Positions 39,550-53,734 are shown, numbered from the stretch's first letter. The stretch: 64,000 nt of DNA from Octopus bimaculoides (GCF_001194135.2 NC_068982.1:40552678-40616677), one strand, 5' to 3'. Numbers and translations are program-made. Notes: generated from the letters alone by a model not told the origin.

Positions 39550-40560
39550 AACAGGAAACTAAGGTCAGTTATCGCAACTCACGGAACTATCAAAAGCAAT
39601 TTAAGTAGACTTTTTAATTCAATTAAGACTTATACAAAGTACAAGGGAAGGCTTCTCGGTTATATACTTTGAATAGTATGAAGAACTAATGGGGTGTAAA
39701 ATAGCCCTACAACTCACAATTCAGCGCGGAGCAGTTACACCGGCAAGCTGCCTTTGTTGAGAAAGAATGAATATGTTGCTCTATCTAACAAGCTCACACA
39801 CCAAAAATGCGCAGCAAATAAAAGTATCAAAGACCAGTAGATTTTGTTGCTAAGAAAAATGCTGAAGTCATGAACTATGACTAAAATGGAAATCATAATA
39901 ATAACACTGATGTAAAGTTGCACCTCTTATTTGGACATTTGATAGTCATCTACGAACATATAGAAGTGAGTAATTCCAAACTGCACTCTTTATTTACATC
40001 AAGTAGCCGCTAAATAACGATTACAGTACGAATCGATAGAACTATATTCTTGATGTTATTTGTGATCTAACAAGCTGTAATGAATTCTTAACATACATTG
40101 AGGCTTATAGCTTTATGACTGAATATTTTACTATAATGTGTTGCTATTGCCATTCCCAAATGCTGGGGATAAAAGCGATTGGGCGAATTGAGAACACAAC
40201 CAAAATGGATTAGCTCCCTTTAAAAGATCGTCGAACGGTTATAGGAAACCAGACAACTAGATCTTGGATGCAAAGTGACTAATATGAACTGCGACTCTAT
40301 AATAGACAATCTAATCTTTATATCAACTGCTAACAAGACTCACAAGTAAGCTAATATCCCTTAAACATAAATTACTAGCGTTCTTATTGTAAGAAATTGC
40401 CAGAACGTAAGTGTATCAACTATAAATTTCTATTAAGCCCATAAACTGTATATCGCTGCATGAGAGGTCACACTATGAAGACAGTAAGAGCTCCTTCTCC
40501 AAAAAGATCTAGATCCATTACATGGGGTGGTGGGGTATCCAATGAAATTCTCCTGAGAGT
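39550..40560 (+). mobile_element. Possible very old RTE-like LINE relic
   Basis: Only faint motif echoes, such as RCMRGHTMK at about 40455 resembling RLRWAGHVMR. No sustained reading frame. Confidence 0.25.
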
Positions 40561-42349
40561 TGTAAAACCACCGAATGAAAAGTCATCTGGAAAAAACCTG
40601 GTAGTTGGTTATTGATTCGGGAGTCTCATGAGAACCTTCGTCAACTTATTCAAAAGAATTCGATATGGCAAAGTTGTTAACATTTGGACGAATAAAATTT
40701 GTATTTAAGAACAAAGAGACACGTGTGGTCAGCAACCTTAAACATTTTTTGTAACCTATACACATTTTTCGGGATTGTGTGTCTTCAAAATCAAGACGTC
40801 GCAAATAATGCTGTTACTGATGAGGAGGCAGGAGAAAAGAAGGGTTTGAGGTTATACTGAACAACAAGCTATCCTTTAGGAGACGAAGCTATATAGCTGA
40901 AGCCTACTGGCTATATGGTTGTAGGAAGGCTCTCGTTTTAGTCTGTCATTCATGAATACCAGAACCAAGTTTACACATGTCATTAAGAAATACAAGACTG
41001 TCAACATCATGGTCTACACAGTGATCACTAAGAACTGAATCAACTATAATATTCCCAAAAGAATTACATCAATTATTGGTTCACTTGGCTATGTTAGTAA
41101 AAATCTTAGTGGTTATCTCGAAGAAGTGGAATTTTAAGGAAAAGTTATTGACCAGTGCGTAGATGGAAGAATATGCAAGACATTTTCTTTGGTATAACAT
41201 GTAATTTTTTACTCGTTGTTGTTATTTAAATCCCATCGTATGGAGTTTTGCTTCTTTGTTAAAGGTCATCTCCCTCAGACGAAAAAAAAATCAAATAATA
41301 TAAAAAGCAAAGATAACATACATATAAACATATATACATGCATGCATACATACATAATACATAATAGACACATACAGACAGACAAACAATTAAAACTACT
41401 ACTATAGTCACAGAAAGAATTTGGTTATCGGCGGGAATGTTCCACGGTCACAGCTTATCTGTAATACTGTTTGTCGTGGCACTGACTATCTTGTAATCCT
41501 TGAGGAAGCGCTAAGGCCACGTATTAGGATTGGTAGAGAGAGAAAATTTCATGTCATATACCCACTGTTTGTCGTTGACTTAGCTGCATTCAGTTATATT
41601 CACGATACCGAGAGACAGAGTCCACAACGACAAAACCACTTTACACTTGGATGGAGTTTGGCTAAGATAACTCTTCATATTTAATAGTGACTCGAAGAAA
41701 ATGTTGACCAGTTAATAAATATGGATACCAATAGCAGCCTGTCAAAACTCCTATATCTTCAATGAACAATGCGATAAGTATCTTGGAATTGATAAGAATA
41801 TTGCACATGCTAGCGCTGAGAGCAAACTATAGTCGCAAAGAAACACTTCAAACTTTGGAAACTGTAAAAGTCAGAGCTATCTGCACATCCCTCACGTTTT
41901 TGTAGTGATAGTGCGAGAACCAATATTTGTGATAATAGAAGTGACACTTCAAGGGGATCTGTAACTTCGACATCATAACTCTGAAGATACTTATCAGTGT
42001 TATCAGCAATAACACTGACAGGATCTCTGTCAGGCGGAAAGACAGAGATATAAAGCCAGTTCAGACGGTATTAGAATACTGTATCGTATCATTTAAACAA
42101 CAGCTACTGAATAGTAAAAAGAGAAATTATTTCATGATATATACTCACTAGTAAAAATAATAGCACCTGGAGAGTAGCTAAACGATTCATGAATAGGTAT
42201 TCTGACTGTAAACATTTCTCTGCGACCCAAGAATTGCTGGCCTAGCGTAAACACAAGTTATGAGAAGAAATACTCATTATAACAACAGAAGGTTATGCAT
42301 GAACACAATAAATCTAGCATTTCAGAGAAGATTAACAATGGTTTCAAAT

Positions 42350-42555
42350 GTTGGTACAGAGCCAGTAATTTAAGGGGAGGGGAATAAGTCGATTGTATCT
42401 ACCCCAGTGCTCAACTGATACTTATTTTGTCGCCCATGATAGGAATGAAAGGCAAAGTTGATCTCATTAGAGTTTGAACTCAGAAAGTTAAGACGGGCGA
42501 AATGCTGCTTAGCATTTTGCCCGGTGAGCTAACGACTCTGCCCGCTCGCCGCCTA
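42350..42555 (-). mobile_element. SINE family A
   Basis: tttgaactcagaaagttaagacgggcgaaatgctgcttagcattttgcccgg..cgctcgccgcc. Confidence 0.85.
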
Positions 42556-42630
42556 ATAGAAGATTAACAATATTGATAGGAAGAGTAGCCTCTCTTGGAC
42601 ATGTTATAAATATGTCACATTCCGCCTTCA

Positions 42631-42925
42631 CCATTCAGAAACAGAAGAAAACTTGTAGATACTTGATCAATAATAAAAGATAACGATGCCTCCAAACCTA
42701 CATGTTGTAAGTGAAAATGTCGATTGTGTGCCTTAGCTGTTTGGAAGATATCTCCTACGTTATCATGTATTGCTCAAAACTGCTCGCCATTCAGAAACAA
42801 AGGATAGCTTGTAGATACCTGATCAATACGAAAAGATAACAATATCTGTAAAAACCAGCAAACTGTACCTGAAAGTGTCATTTATGCCTTACTAGTTTAT
42901 ACGATATCTCCTACATTATCACTTG
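42631..42925 (+). repeat. Tandem duplication, unit about 156 bp
   Basis: ccattcagaaaca..cttgtagatac(t/c)tgatcaata..aaaagataac..gatatctcctac occurs twice. Confidence 0.85.
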
Positions 42926-44032
42926 CTAACCAAAAAAAATGTTCACAAGGCACTAACTACCTCCTACAAGACATGATACTGTTGTCAAAAATATTTACAT
43001 TGCAATCGCTGCGAAAATTGTTCCGATAATCTTTAAAAAAAATAGATACACCGGAGCTAGAATACATGGACATCTTTAAAAAGCAAAATGGAATAGTTGT
43101 GGAGCATCTCAATAAAATTTCTTAATTCGGTTCAAACGCAACAAATGTTTCATTGCTTTATGAGACAAGAGGCAAAAGCCATTCAGTTTCGTAGAGAACA
43201 GCAGCTCAGAGGATGTGAATGTCTCATGTAAAACACCTTGGTCAGCTACTGCAGAAATTTACAGCTCATGTATCCAGACTATCATTTGACTATGATATCA
43301 TAGGTGCCGGCAAGCCTATGTGATTAAAAATCTCACATTGCAACACTTATTCACTCCTTACCACCTCATCTCTTCTTATCCACACCTCCCCCACTTCTCT
43401 CCCATCGTCCCCTCACATTACCTTGACCACCAACTAGCACTCCTTTTCTCACTTCTTTCACGCTTTTTTCACTTTTCTTTTCACTTCTTCCACTCTTCTT
43501 CTTTTTCACTCTCTGTTTTTTTATTTTTTCTTATTTTCTCTCTTTCTTCCTCTCATTTTCTCTTCCTGTCTTCATTTTGACCTATCTCATTCTAATCATG
43601 CACATATCTCCCCACCCCATCTATCCACAAATACTACTAATACCTTCCCAAAATTTTCATTCACACCACAAAACCCCTTCGAATGAGCAACACAGATTCC
43701 ACGGCTCCATACTTTGAAATGACAAAACATGAACTACTACTGGAACATACATACCATGTACAGGAAACTTTTTTACCACTTCTATACACCACTTTACTCG
43801 AATAATGGAACTGCAACTACAATATTTTATATTTTATTTCTACCTTCATTCTCTAATTTCCCGGTTTTCCCTATCTCCTCCTTATATGCATACTAATAAC
43901 CAGACCCACATTGGACTCCTCATTCTTATCACTATCGAACCAAGAATTTAACTACGGTCTGTCCATAGCATTTACTTAATGTTACCTGCCACTCTTTGGG
44001 TCTTCTAGATACCAATACATCTCATACATACG

Positions 44033-44105
<73 letters not shown>

Positions 44106-44436
44106 ATACACACACACACCTACATAAAAATTAATTACAACCACATGTATACTAAAAAGATATGCGTATACGTTACACGGAGATGCAAGTCTTTTCTGCG
44201 TATGTAAACACAGTGACTCTCTCAGATATTTACAAATCCCTGAAATGTTAAGGTTTCAACAAAAACGCCTTGTCATATTGTCAGTGACCGGCTGGAATTC
44301 TGCGAAGAAGAAATTAAGTAAATCCTCAAAGAAAAACATACAAACATAATGCATACACTCAAACGTACATGTATAAACACATAGTCACACATACATACAT
44401 GCATACATACATACGTACATGCATGCCTACACACAC

Positions 44437-44491
<55 letters not shown>

Positions 44492-44934
44492 TCATACATA
44501 CATGTATACATTAATACATACGCTTATACAACCATGGATATATACACACGTCTATACACACATGCATACATACTTGCATACATGCATACATATATAATAC
44601 ATATATACATTTATGCACACATCCATACATACATACATACATATGCAATTAAGATTAGCACAGCCCCACAGTGAGTGTCAAATGTTATCACTAAGACAGC
44701 ATCTGGTAAACGACAGCAAAAATAAATACACCAACAAAGTGCACAAAATTGAAGTGAACAATCTGACAGTGAGAGCTAGTGAACTCTTCAAGAACCTCTC
44801 ATGCAAGCCCCAAAACTGTTGAGCTAGAGTACCTCAGCAAAACACTGAAAGAGAAACACAGCACACCACAAAATGTTTTTCATGCGAAAGTTTTCCGTAA
44901 ACTAGAAATATATTTATATTTTATTCTAATAAGG

Positions 44935-45862
44935 CAGCAAGTCGGTGAGCTGGCAGAAACGTTAGCACGCCGGGCGAAATCTGTCTGCATTTTGAGTTCA
45001 AATTCCGCCGAGGTCGACTTTGCTTTTCATCCTTTTGGGTTCAATAAATTAAGTACCAGTTCCATACTGGGGTCGATCTAATCAACTGGCCGCCTCCCCA
45101 AAGATTTCGGGCCTTGTGCCTACAGTAGAAAAGATTCTAATAAGGCAGCGAGCTGGCAGAATCGAGCTGGGATCGAAATTATTGGTCTTGTGCCAAAATT
45201 TAAAATCAATATTTAATTCTACATCAGCCGGTGAACTGGCAGAATCTTTAGCACACAGGGCAAAATGCTTAGCGGCATTTCGTCTCTCTTTACGTTGTGA
45301 GTTCAAATTCTGCTGATGTCGACTTTCCCTTTCATCCTTTTGGGCTCGATAAGTATCAGTTGAGCTCTGGATGCGATATAATCGACTAACCCTTCTCGCC
45401 GAAATCGCTGGCTTTGTGCTAAAACTTGAAACCAGTATTTCTTTCCACTATAGGTACAATGATTGAAATTTTGAGAGAGGGCCTAGTCGACTACATTAAC
45501 CCCTAGCGCTCAACTGGTATTTATTTCGTCGACCTCAGTGGAATTTGAACTCAGAACGTAAAGACGGATGAAATGCCGTTAAACATTTTTGCCTGGCGTT
45601 CTAACAATTCTGCCAGTTCGCTGCTTTATAGGAATTATATTTTACAGTGGTTTAAAATTTTGGCAGAAGGCCAGCAATTTCGGGGGAGGCGGTTAGTCGA
45701 TTACGTCGGATCCAGTACTCAACTAGTATTTATTTTATCGACCTCGACAGAATGAAAGGCAAAGTCAACCTCAGCGGAATTTGAACTCAGAACGTAACAG
45801 CAGACGAAATGTCTCTAAGCATTCTGTCCAGCGTGCTAACGATTCTGCCAGCTCGCCGCCTG
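44935..45862. mobile_element. Cluster of five SINE family A copies in both orientations
   Basis: Plus copies at about 44935-45135, 45140-45205 (deleted) and 45225-45435; minus copies at about 45440-45625 and 45655-45862. Confidence 0.9.
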
Positions 45863-46254
45863 AATGATATTTTATATTAACATGAAGTTTAACTACTCCA
45901 TGACTCGTGATCGGTGCATCACGTCACATTTCGAAGGTTATGGTTTTGCAATCCAAAAGCATGAGATGTTAAACGAAATATCAAATGAACAAACGAGAGA
46001 GTGAAGCCCTTAAACTCCTAAGATTCCACCGTAAATGTCGATTGTCTCACATTTCTGAAAAAGATATTACACAAAAATGTCATCAAGGTACAATATTCTA
46101 TTACGATATAATGTTGTTGTTAAAACCAGTACACAACACCATCAACCGAAAAGATTGCCTATGGTTAAATAAAGAGGCTACCTCATATATTGAATACATA
46201 TATGTCAACACAAGGAATATTAGTGGAACATTTCCATCAGAATTTCCGACATAG

Positions 46255-46690
46255 GCGCAGAAGTGGCCATGTGGTAAGTAGCTTGCTTACCAACAACATG
46301 GTTCTGGGTTCAGTCCCACTGCGTGGCACCTTGAACAAGTGTCTTCTACTATAGCCTCGGGCCGACCAAAGCCTTGTGGGTGGATTTGGTGAGTGGATTT
46401 GTGAGTGGACGGAAACTGAAAGAAGCCCGTCGTATATATGTATATGTATATATATATGTGTGTATATTTGTGTGTCTGTGTTTGTACCCCCAACATCGCT
46501 TGACAACTGATGCTGGTGTGTTTACGTCCCCGTAACTTAGCGGTTCGGCAAAAGAGACCAATAGAGTAAGTATTAGGCGCTTACAAAGAATAAGTCCTGG
46601 GAGTCGATTTCCTCGACAAAAGGCGGTGCTCCAGTATGGCCGCAGTCAAATGACTGAAACAAGTAAAAAAGTAAAGAGTAAAGAGAGTAT
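46255..46690 (+). mobile_element. SINE family B, best full-length reference copy
   Basis: tRNA-like head (A-box tggccatgtgg, B-box-like ggttcagtccc), CORE-like ttgaacaagtgtcttc, internal TA/TG tract, and tail ggtgctccagtatggccgcagtcaaatgactgaaacaagtaaaa. Confidence 0.95.
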
Positions 46691-47101
46691 GTGCAAGTAT
46701 AGACACGGTTGGTATAGCTGCTTGAAACACAAAGATTCTGTAATGTCATAGAAAGCATTTCTCTGCAGATTTTAACTTTTCTTTAAGGGCAAAAGAATGT
46801 TTCTCAGACGTGTGCTTGAAAACTTACTGCTTCTCTACCAAGAATATAAATTAAATATTGTTCATGTAATTTTTTGGTGTATTTGGTTATGTTAATAAAT
46901 GTTTGAGTAGTTAACTTGAAAAGCTAAGAATTTTAGGGAAATTTGCAAAACAGGATAGGATAATTTTGCATGAGTTGATTTTACATTTATCCCAGTAATT
47001 ACTGAGTTATTAGTCTGGGCTTATAGTTATTACTGAGGTTATTAGTTACAGAATCAAGCGTGATGGTTAAGTAACTAATAACTGGTTGTGTAACTAATGG
47101 T

Positions 47102-47570
47102 CTCAGAACCAGTTTTAAGAAGCTGACTTTCAAAGGAAAAAAAAACAGACAACATGGCGTGATCTAATGGTTATGATGTTGTACTGACGATCATAAGATA
47201 GTGGTTTCGGTTCCTGTACTAGACGATGCGTTGTGTGCTTGAGCGAAAATGCTTAGTTTCACATTTTTCCAGTTCACTCAGACTTATACCAGTAATTATT
47301 GGAGCGCTTAGTTGTGCAATAACCTCAGAACCAGTTTTGAGAAGCTGACTTTCAAAGGAAAAAACAACAGGCAAGACGCGGTTAATTAAATGAAGGAGCG
47401 TGGCCTAATAGTTAAGATGTTGTACTCAAGTCGTAGATCGTGGTTTCGATTCTTGGACTAGACGGGTCATTGTGTTCTTGCGCAAAAAAAAAACTTCGCC
47501 TCACGTTTCTCCAGTTCACTCAACTGCAAATGAGTTCTAACGTTAGTTGGGAAGTTAACCTTGCGAATTA
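47102..47570 (+). mobile_element. Two SINE family D heads, each preceded by the same 42-bp flank
   Basis: ctcagaaccagtttt(a/g)agaagctgactttcaaaggaaaaaa at 47102 and about 47325, each followed by ggttatgatgttgtact / agttaagatgttgtact heads. Confidence 0.75.
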
Positions 47571-47645
47571 TAATTTCTCTAAATATTTTTAATAAACGAC
47601 CTAGCATATGCATACTTTACGTTTACACATACATTCGTTTATATG

Positions 47646-47719
<74 letters not shown>

Positions 47720-47721
<2 letters not shown>

Positions 47722-47894
47722 CGCAGGCCTGGCTGTGTAGTGAAGAGCTTGCTTCTCAACCACATGATTCTGGGTTCAGTCTCACTGCGTGGTACCTTGG
47801 GCAAGTGACTTCTACTATAGCCTCGGGCCGAGTAGAGCCATGTGAGTGAGTTTGGTAGGCGGAAACTGAAAGAAGCTTGTCGTATATAAATATG

Positions 47895-47927
<33 letters not shown>

Positions 47928-48105
47928 GCCCCACCTCGGCATCGCTTGACAACCGGTACTGGTGTGTTGATGTCCCCGTAACTAAGCTGTTCGACAAAAA
48001 AACCGATATTATAAGTCCTGTGGTCAATTTCTTCGACTAAAGCCTTTTAAGGCGTTGCTCCAACATAGCCACAATCAAGTGAGAGAAAGAAGTAAAAGGA
48101 TAAAG
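47720..48105 (+). mobile_element. SINE family B, full length with internal (GTCT)n
   Basis: Head, (gtct)n at about 47895-47928, 3' half and tail. Confidence 0.9.
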
Positions 48106-48163
48106 AATATATATATATACATACATGCACACACATACATACATACATACATACATACAAACA

Positions 48164-48197
<34 letters not shown>

Positions 48198-48321
48198 CAT
48201 ACATATATACATACATACCGCGCCCACATGATATTTTGGCTAAAATATCTCAACTCCATGTACATCTATGCTTTGACCTGAAAGGGAAAATATGCACACA
48301 TATAAACTACACTCTAGTATA

Positions 48322-48389
<68 letters not shown>

Positions 48390-48399
48390 NNNNNNNNNN

Positions 48400-48439
<40 letters not shown>

Positions 48440-49000
48440 TATGTCTATGCGTTATATATGCATTTTTATAAATATGTATTTTATGTGTATGGTAATGTGT
48501 CTATCAACTTGTTTGCGTTGTGTAACCATATCTACTTTTGCATCTTTAAATATGCTGTATACACGCGTGAGTGTACGCATATGTATATATTTGCGCTTCC
48601 TCCGTAAATATGTCGGTACAAAAATTAGTCAGAATGTACATCTCTACACATGTGTTATCTATGCATCACAGAACATACATCTTTAAATAAAACCGTGTTT
48701 ATCTTCCTTATTTTCATATGTCACTTGAGTGTGTATAACATGTTTGTACGAGCGTTAATATTGTTTGTAATACAACTGTAATATTGTATGTACACAATTT
48801 TTACTGCATTTCTCTCTTCTTTCTCGCTCCCTCCATCTCTCTATCAACCAATGTATCTAACTATCTCGTGTCCTCTTATTCCCTCTATTTGCCAGTCAGT
48901 CTAAGTGTGTATCTGCCTTTACATCTATCTAGCAAAGTAACTATCGATGTGCAAATCTACTTCTATCTGCAACATGTCTAACCCCTCCGATCTGAGAAAC

Positions 49001-49032
<32 letters not shown>

Positions 49033-49179
49033 ACGAACGCTCATCCTTTATTCTATTGAGCCTTCCGCCGAACATACACACACGCTTATAGTAATCAATC
49101 TTTTTTATTTCTTGTTATACATAGACACACACTCACTCACACACACACACACATACACACACAAAGTATAATTTATCAT

Positions 49180-49213
<34 letters not shown>

Positions 49214-49220
49214 TATACAC

Positions 49221-49262
<42 letters not shown>

Positions 49263-49947
49263 NNNNNNNNNNNNNNNNNNNNNNNNNNNNNNNNNNNNNN
49301 NNNNNNNNNNNNNNNNNNNNNNNNNNNNNNNNNNNNNNNNNNNNNNNNNNNNNNNNNNNNNNNNNNNNNNNNNNNNNNNNNNNNNNNNNNNNNNNNNNNN
49401 NNNNNNNNNNNNNNNNNNNNNNNNNNNNNNNNNNNNNNNNNNNNNNNNNNNNNNNNNNNNNNNNNNNNNNNNNNNNNNNNNNNNNNNNNNNNNNNNNNNN
49501 NNNNNNNNNNNNNNNNNNNNNNNNNNNNNNNNNNNNNNNNNNNNNNNNNNNNNNNNNNNNNNNNNNNNNNNNNNNNNNNNNNNNNNNNNNNNNNNNNNNN
49601 NNNNNNNNNNNNNNNNNNNNNNNNNNNNNNNNNNNNNNNNNNNNNNNNNNNNNNNNNNNNNNNNNNNNNNNNNNNNNNNNNNNNNNNNNNNNNNNNNNNN
49701 NNNNNNNNNNNNNNNNNNNNNNNNNNNNNNNNNNNNNNNNNNNNNNNNNNNNNNNNNNNNNNNNNNNNNNNNNNNNNNNNNNNNNNNNNNNNNNNNNNNN
49801 NNNNNNNNNNNNNNNNNNNNNNNNNNNNNNNNNNNNNNNNNNNNNNNNNNNNNNNNNNNNNNNNNNNNNNNNNNNNNNNNNNNNNNNNNNNNNNNNNNNN
49901 NNNNNNNNNNNNNNNNNNNNNNNNNNNNNNNNNNNNNNNNNNNNNNN

Positions 49948-49984
<37 letters not shown>

Positions 49985-50268
49985 TATAATATATATTAAT
50001 ATATGCTTGTATGTATCCATGTATGTATGTATGGTGTACGTACGTACGTACGTTATCACTTCTAGCCACAGGTGAAATTCCGAGCGTCTATGTTGTGAAT
50101 GAATTATCGACTTTACTCAAGTAAACAAATGAATTAACTCTATCACATGGTCTTCTGTTGCTATCCTGGTTGCATTATATTGTATGGCACTATATATATG
50201 CGCACGTGTGTATGCGCGTGTGTTGTGTGTGTGTGCGCGCGCGTACGAGTGTGCGTGCATGTGTCTGT

Positions 50269-50345
<77 letters not shown>

Positions 50346-50629
50346 TGCATACATACAGATGTATGCACTCGCCCGGAAAACGAAATTAGAAGAGAGAGAG
50401 AGAGAGAAAAAGACAGACAAATATGATGTATATACATACATATATATGTTACATGTTTATGTATGTGTCTGTGTCTCTATGCGTATGTATGTATTTATGT
50501 ATGAATCTATGTATGTATGTATATATATGTGTGTAAGTATATATGTGCGTATATATATGTATATGCGTGTATACAGATAGATAGATAGATAGATAGATAG
50601 ACAGATAGATAGATAGATAATTTCATTTG

Positions 50630-50662
<33 letters not shown>

Positions 50663-50841
50663 TGAAAGTGTGCCTGCAAGAAATAATTCTTCATAGTTGC
50701 TTGCTTAATGAACTATATATATATAATTTAAATACACATAAACATACATATACACACACACACACACACATATATAGCATATATATATATATAAACTTAT
50801 GCATATACACATATACATATACGTATATATGTATGCCTGCG

Positions 50842-50888
<47 letters not shown>

Positions 50889-51100
50889 GTATATGTATAT
50901 CATTAGCCAGGTGATGACTTACAACCATACAATTGTTTCAATACATTCTTTCATTTCTTCACAGGTCTTTGAAAGACCACAAGAAAGCAAGAATGTATTG
51001 AAGTTCTTGAAAGGCATCACCTAGTTAATAAATAGTAAATACTGGCTCTGTATCTGTAATGTACAGAATACATCCTTGAATTGTGGTCTTTTCGTTCCAT

Positions 51101-51191
<91 letters not shown>

Positions 51192-51223
51192 TTAGGCACA
51201 CGTATATGTGTATGTAAGGATGA

Positions 51224-51254
<31 letters not shown>

Positions 51255-51729
51255 AAGAGAAGGAGAAAAAGAAAGATGGATGCGTAGATTTGTAAAAAGC
51301 ACCTATTTGTTAGCCACGATCAACTGAAGGATCGTCCATGTGATCATACGAGCAGCTAGAAGTACAAGAAGAATCTAACCTCTTATTTTTGCACGGTGGT
51401 TTCAAACAAAAGAATGACATGCTGAATAATGTAGTCTTAGATACGCAATGTATGGAAAGAAACGGCGTAGGTTTGATAATGTGCAATATGTTCGTAGCTG
51501 AAACAAAAGTTAAAGTTACTATGATTTGTATTCGTCTTGATCTGATAAGATATAAAGTTTTAATAATCCAATATGAGCAGAACGTGCAAAGGTAGGTCCA
51601 TTTCATCGGCACTGATACCAGTGATGAATTGATTGAGTCGGTGGGGACTGAGTTAGAATAATGCGTACTATTTGTTCTGATCCTCTCTGCTCAGAGTCGA
51701 GTTCAAATACCTATTTCGTTATTGCCCAC

Positions 51730-52115
51730 AAGGGGCTAAACATAGAGGGAACAAACAAGAACAGACGAACGGATTAAGTCGATTACATCGACCCCAGTGC
51801 GTAACTGGTACTTAATTTATCGACCCCGAAAGGATGAAAGGCAAAGTCGACCTCGGCGGAATTTGAACTCAGAACGTAACGGCAGACGAAATACCGCTAA
51901 GCATTTNNNNNNNNNNAGGGAACAAACAAGAACAGACGAACGGATTAAGTCGATTACATCGACCCCAGTGCGTAACTGGTACTTAATTTATCGACCCCGA
52001 AAGGATGAAAGGCAAAGTCGACCTCGGCGGAATTTGAACTCAGAACGTAACGGCAGACGAAATACCGCTAAGCATTTCGCCCGGCGTGCTAACGATTCTG
52101 CCAGCTCGCCGCCTT
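51730..52115 (-). mobile_element. Young SINE family A copy, duplicated across a 10-N gap
   Basis: 51748-51906 is repeated verbatim from 51917. Confidence 0.9.
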
Positions 52116-52832
52116 CGAGTTCAAATACCGACGAGGTCAACTTCGTCTCTCAAATTTTCGATGCCCATAAAAGTATTCGATAGAAGTATTAAACCAGAGC
52201 GTAGGGTTGGCGAAACTCTAAGTGGGGTGGATGAGATGTTTTGCAAACGTCTGCTCTAACTCTTCCCTTTCTGGCCGCAACGTTAACAATAACAGGAGGG
52301 CCAAGCTACACCCGTAATTCTTTTTTTTTTCTTATTTGATATGGGTATAGGTGGCGTGGAAAGGGAACATTTGTATGCATGGGCAGCTGCTACCTCGCGA
52401 GGCACACTCTAGCTATATCACTGTTAATATAAACGTTTTAAGTAAAGCAATTTCAAATCAGAATCGGAACTGGGTTATGCAAGGGAGATCACTGCTGTCT
52501 CATCACCATCATCACCATCGATGAAGACTTTAAAGTGACTCTTGATCAGTTAATTGCCATCACTTGACATCTTATGAAGGAATGAATACATCGGGAAATG
52601 TAGTCCTACATCAACTATGTCTGAATAAAAAGATGGAAAGTCCAGATCCGAGCATTTCTGATCATAGGCCTACTCAATCGGAGTTAACTTAGAGTTAGAG
52701 ACAGGTTCCAGTGAATTTAGACAACAAACAGCAGTTGGTCACTTGGAGTTAAATATAAAGTGCTCCGAACCTACAAGGTTATCAAGAGAGAGAGAGAGGG
52801 AGACAGAGAGACAGAGAGACAGAGACAGAGAC

Positions 52833-52869
<37 letters not shown>

Positions 52870-53042
52870 TGAGGAGACACACACGCGGACGGACGGACAT
52901 ACAGACTTACAGAAATACATAAATTCCGGCAACCAGCAGCAGTCAACCACCGAGCTAAATTATAACGTTAACACATACATATATCTAGATATTTATGCAT
53001 ACACACAAACACACACACACATGCACACACACACACACACAT

Positions 53043-53080
<38 letters not shown>

Positions 53081-53090
53081 NNNNNNNNNN

Positions 53091-53155
<65 letters not shown>

Positions 53156-53359
53156 ATATTTAGATATACATATATATGTGTGTATATATACATATATGTA
53201 TAATAAATAATAAATAAAATGACTATCCCGAAATACAATATATGCGTACATACACAGATAGATATTTACATGTATAAATGTATATCAAAATACACAGAGA
53301 ATCCACACATATGCATATATATGTGTGTGTGTGCGCGCGCGCGTGTGTATTTTTATGAA

Positions 53360-53394
<35 letters not shown>

Positions 53395-53601
53395 GAAGCC
53401 TTACCTTTTATTCTGAAACACATGTATTTTGAGTTCTAACCACAGGTTGTTTGCATCGCAATGCCAAAACGAAATCATTATGTACGCGCGCGCGCGCATG
53501 TGGATGTCCTGTGCACATCTCTGTACGTATATATATACCGTTGACCAAACACCATTCATCATTTTTTTTTCTCCGTGTTTTTCTCCTTGTTTTCTCCGTA
53601 T

Positions 53602-53638
53602 TCTTTCTGCTGAAGAGCGTAGCTCGAAACGTTAAAGA
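53602..53638 (+). ncRNA. Minimal type I hammerhead ribozyme-like motif in a Penelope-type terminal repeat
   Basis: TCTTT CTGCTGA A GAGC gta GCTC GAAAC GTT AAAGA: 5-bp stem I, 4-bp stem II, ACGT palindromic stem III. The core has A6-to-C. Confidence 0.7.
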
Positions 53639-53734
53639 CTTTCTGTATTCCCGAGCGTCAAACTAATACATCCTTTTGTTGTTTACACCACCTGTCCTCG
53701 TCTGTTGTTTTTTTTCGTACATTCTCCCACATAT

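Noticed and set aside
43280-43330. catagg/cctatg hairpin resembling a hammerhead stem II
   Set aside because: Neither core strand is intact.
51310-51612. Overlapping 85-100 codon open frames on both strands with a donor-like AAG|GTAGGT at 51591
   Set aside because: No recognisable homology and no convincing acceptor compatible with an open frame; kept only as a weak possibility.
51748-52075. Exact 160-bp direct repeat either side of a 10-N gap
   Set aside because: Verbatim identity across a minimal gap indicates unmerged contig overlap rather than a real duplication.
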